DNA of 64,000 bases from Macrostomum lignano (taxonomy: Eukaryota). The notes under the pieces are model-generated. The model saw only the letters and a list, made by a program, of their open reading frames with translations, was not told the DNA's origin and made no database searches. Numbering within the stretch: position 1 is the stretch's first letter; each line of letters begins with the position of its first letter. Made by a program: the position numbers and the translations under genes. The stretch covers positions 62,001 to 126,000 of the forward strand of contig NIVC01001357.1 in the NCBI GenBank assembly GCA_002269645.1, given 5' to 3'. Of the stretch, positions 62,401 to 64,000 are shown piece by piece.

Positions 62401-63958
62401 GTACAATGACTGAACGGGAAATAAGTACTTCATCTTTGTGTCCTCTCGCAATGAAATAACAATTTATGGGCAATAATAATAATCGCATCAGTATTTAATT
62501 TTAAATTAAAAGCACACAGGTTCTTATCCGTGTGCTGCCATCTGCACACAGAGCTACCCAAACGCTTAAATTATCAATAAGAGTTCCCACGTGATGCAGT
62601 CTACAAAATTAGGTAATTTTTACTATTCTTTCCCACTGATAATTTTATTTATGTAGCCAGATAACAGCCGAACCCCACCTCGAAGCTGATTGGCTGCCGA
62701 AGCCCCCAGTCTGGCTGCTGTAGCCAGATAACAGCCGAACCCCACCTCGAAGCTGATTGGCTGCCGAAGCCCAGTCTGGCTGCTGTAGCCAGATAACAGT
62801 CGAACCCCACCTCAAAGCTGATTGGTTGTTGAACTTACTGAAGCCAAATCCAACTTTAAATGTGTTTTTCCCTGACCAGACGTTCTAGATTTATCAGATA
62901 ATTAATAATCCGTTTTCCATATGATTTTACTTCTCTTTACTTTAGCGCCGACGAGAGCAGCAAAAAGTTCATGACGACAAATACAGTAGCCTGGTACAAT
63001 GGCAGCGTGCTCTGGATGTTTCCGGCCGTGGTCAAGGTCACGTGCACCCTGAATGTCCGCTATTTCCCATTCGACCGGCAGACTTGCATGATAACCTTCA
63101 TCAGCTGGACTTATCACCTGTTTGAGGTGGATGTGTGGCACGACGAATCAGTTGATGCAAATAAAAATTACTATAGGGAGAATAACCAGGTGTGCCCTTG
63201 TATGCCTTTTGCATCGTATGCGACACGATTTGCATCGTTATTTGTGTCATAGGTCAGTCTCAATTAACCGGAAGCAGGTCATCTTAATAAGCCGGAAGTA
63301 GGTTAGTCTCAATGAACCGGAAGTAGATTAGTCTCAATGAACCGGAAGTAGATTAGTCTCAATGAACCGAAAGTAGATTAGTCTCAATGAACCGGAAGTA
63401 GATTAGTCTCAATGAACCGGAAGTAGGTTAGTCTCAATGAACCGGAAGTAGGTCAGTCTCAATGAACAGGAAGCAGTTCATCTTAATAAGTCGGAAGTAG
63501 GTTAGTCTCAATGAACCGGAAGTAGATTAGTCTCAATGATCATGAGCCTCATGGGTTCATGACCCGTAGATAGTTCAAGTTTCATGACCCCGGATGTGGT
63601 TCAGCCTTTATGAAATATTTATAGTTCAGAAAATTGTACTCCTCTTTATCTCCCCCGCAGGAGTGGAACGTCTCGGCCATAAAATTTTCTAGAACGGAGG
63701 GTGTCTACGCCTGCTGCAAGGAGCCGTGGCCGGACGTTACCATAGTGATCGACATGACTCGACGCTCGTTGTTCTACGTATTTAACCTGATATTTCCCTG
63801 CCTGCTGATGTACGTGGCCAGCTTTCTTGGCTTCTTCCTGCCGATTGAAACGGGAGAAAAAGTCAACTTGGAGCTGACCATCCTGCTGGCTCTGGTGGTG
63901 TTCCTCCTCATCGTTGGGGACACACTGCCGCCAACGCCTGACGCCATTCCGCTTGTGG
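56464..63958 (+). CDS. Nicotinic acetylcholine receptor alpha-type subunit (Cys-loop channel), 3'-truncated by the window; exons 56464(or 56482)-56617, 56993-57171, 58338-58382, 59327-59436, 62946-63189, 63661-63958
   Basis: Signal peptide MLLLLALPSLLIWPGLGAA; GYDRTSRPV; the characteristic 45-nt (DEKHQTFSALMSIRL) and 110-nt (RWTDEYLTWDPEDF...WTPDIVISN) exons; Cys-loop CTLNVRYFPFDRQTC; loop B SWTY; loop C YACCKEPW with vicinal Cys; M1 (LFYVFNLIFPC) and M2 (GEKVNLELTILLALVVFLL). Splice phases are all consistent. Confidence 0.95.
56656..56840 (+). mobile_element. tRNA-derived CORE-type SINE, copy 2, in nAChR intron 1
   Basis: GGTTGTAGCTTGGTGGTTAGAACGTCTGACTCATGACTTAAAGGTCGGGGGTTCGATTCCC followed by the same CORE-like body as copy 1. 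Confidence 0.85.
58795..59217. repeat. 9-bp minisatellite of two interspersed variants (GACACTGGG / GACACTGAG), nAChR intron 3
   Basis: Directly visible; explains the VSQC pseudo-ORFs. Confidence 0.96.
59690..59805 (+). repeat. Dispersed hairpin-forming repeat, copy C, in nAChR intron 4
   Basis: GGCACAGAGAGTGTACATGCCTGACGATTGGAGAGTCAGGGCCGCTGTACACCCTGTG. Confidence 0.8.
61268..61865. repeat. 28-29-bp minisatellite (GCCACTGCCCCCAGCCCTTTGATTAAGC), ~21 copies, diverging rightwards
   Basis: Directly visible. Confidence 0.93.
62652..62830. repeat. ~66-bp tandem repeat, ~2.7 copies, each with GCTGATTGG (CCAAT box)
   Basis: Directly visible. Confidence 0.88.
63255..63540. repeat. 25-bp minisatellite (GTAGATTAGTCTCAATGAACCGGAA), nAChR intron 5
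   Basis: Directly visible. Confidence 0.92.
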
Positions 63959-64000
63959 GTGAGTGACAACAGACTGGGCACTCACCTGAGTGAGGATGGA

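Overview
Eukaryotic (animal) genomic DNA. GC-rich exons with poly-Ala/Gln/Ser/Gly tracts sit among introns and intergenic DNA packed with unrelated minisatellites. The style resembles a free-living flatworm such as Macrostomum, which is an inference only. Genes reconstructed by hand from GT-AG boundaries and reading-frame phase: (1) last exon of a probable divergent RasGEF-domain gene (<2-421, +); (2) a 2-exon Sp6-9 (Sp8/9-like) zinc-finger factor (3260-4936, -); (3) a ~9-exon WNK kinase (11140-27300, -) with DFG instead of the chloride-sensing DLG; (4) a decayed piggyBac transposon (~31304-33944, -); (5) a 2-exon signal peptide-CUB-like-LDLa-like-TM receptor (51354-54058, +), immediately followed by (6) a nicotinic acetylcholine receptor alpha-type subunit (56464->64000, +) with an altered aromatic box. 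Also present: two tRNA-derived CORE-type SINEs, a 4-5 copy dispersed hairpin repeat, about 30 tandem arrays, a ~1.9 kb CpG-free AT-rich block, and compact CRE/MEF2/octamer motif clusters. Most long ORFs in the supplied track are artefacts of tandem repeats. No CRISPR, rRNA or bona fide tRNA gene is supported.
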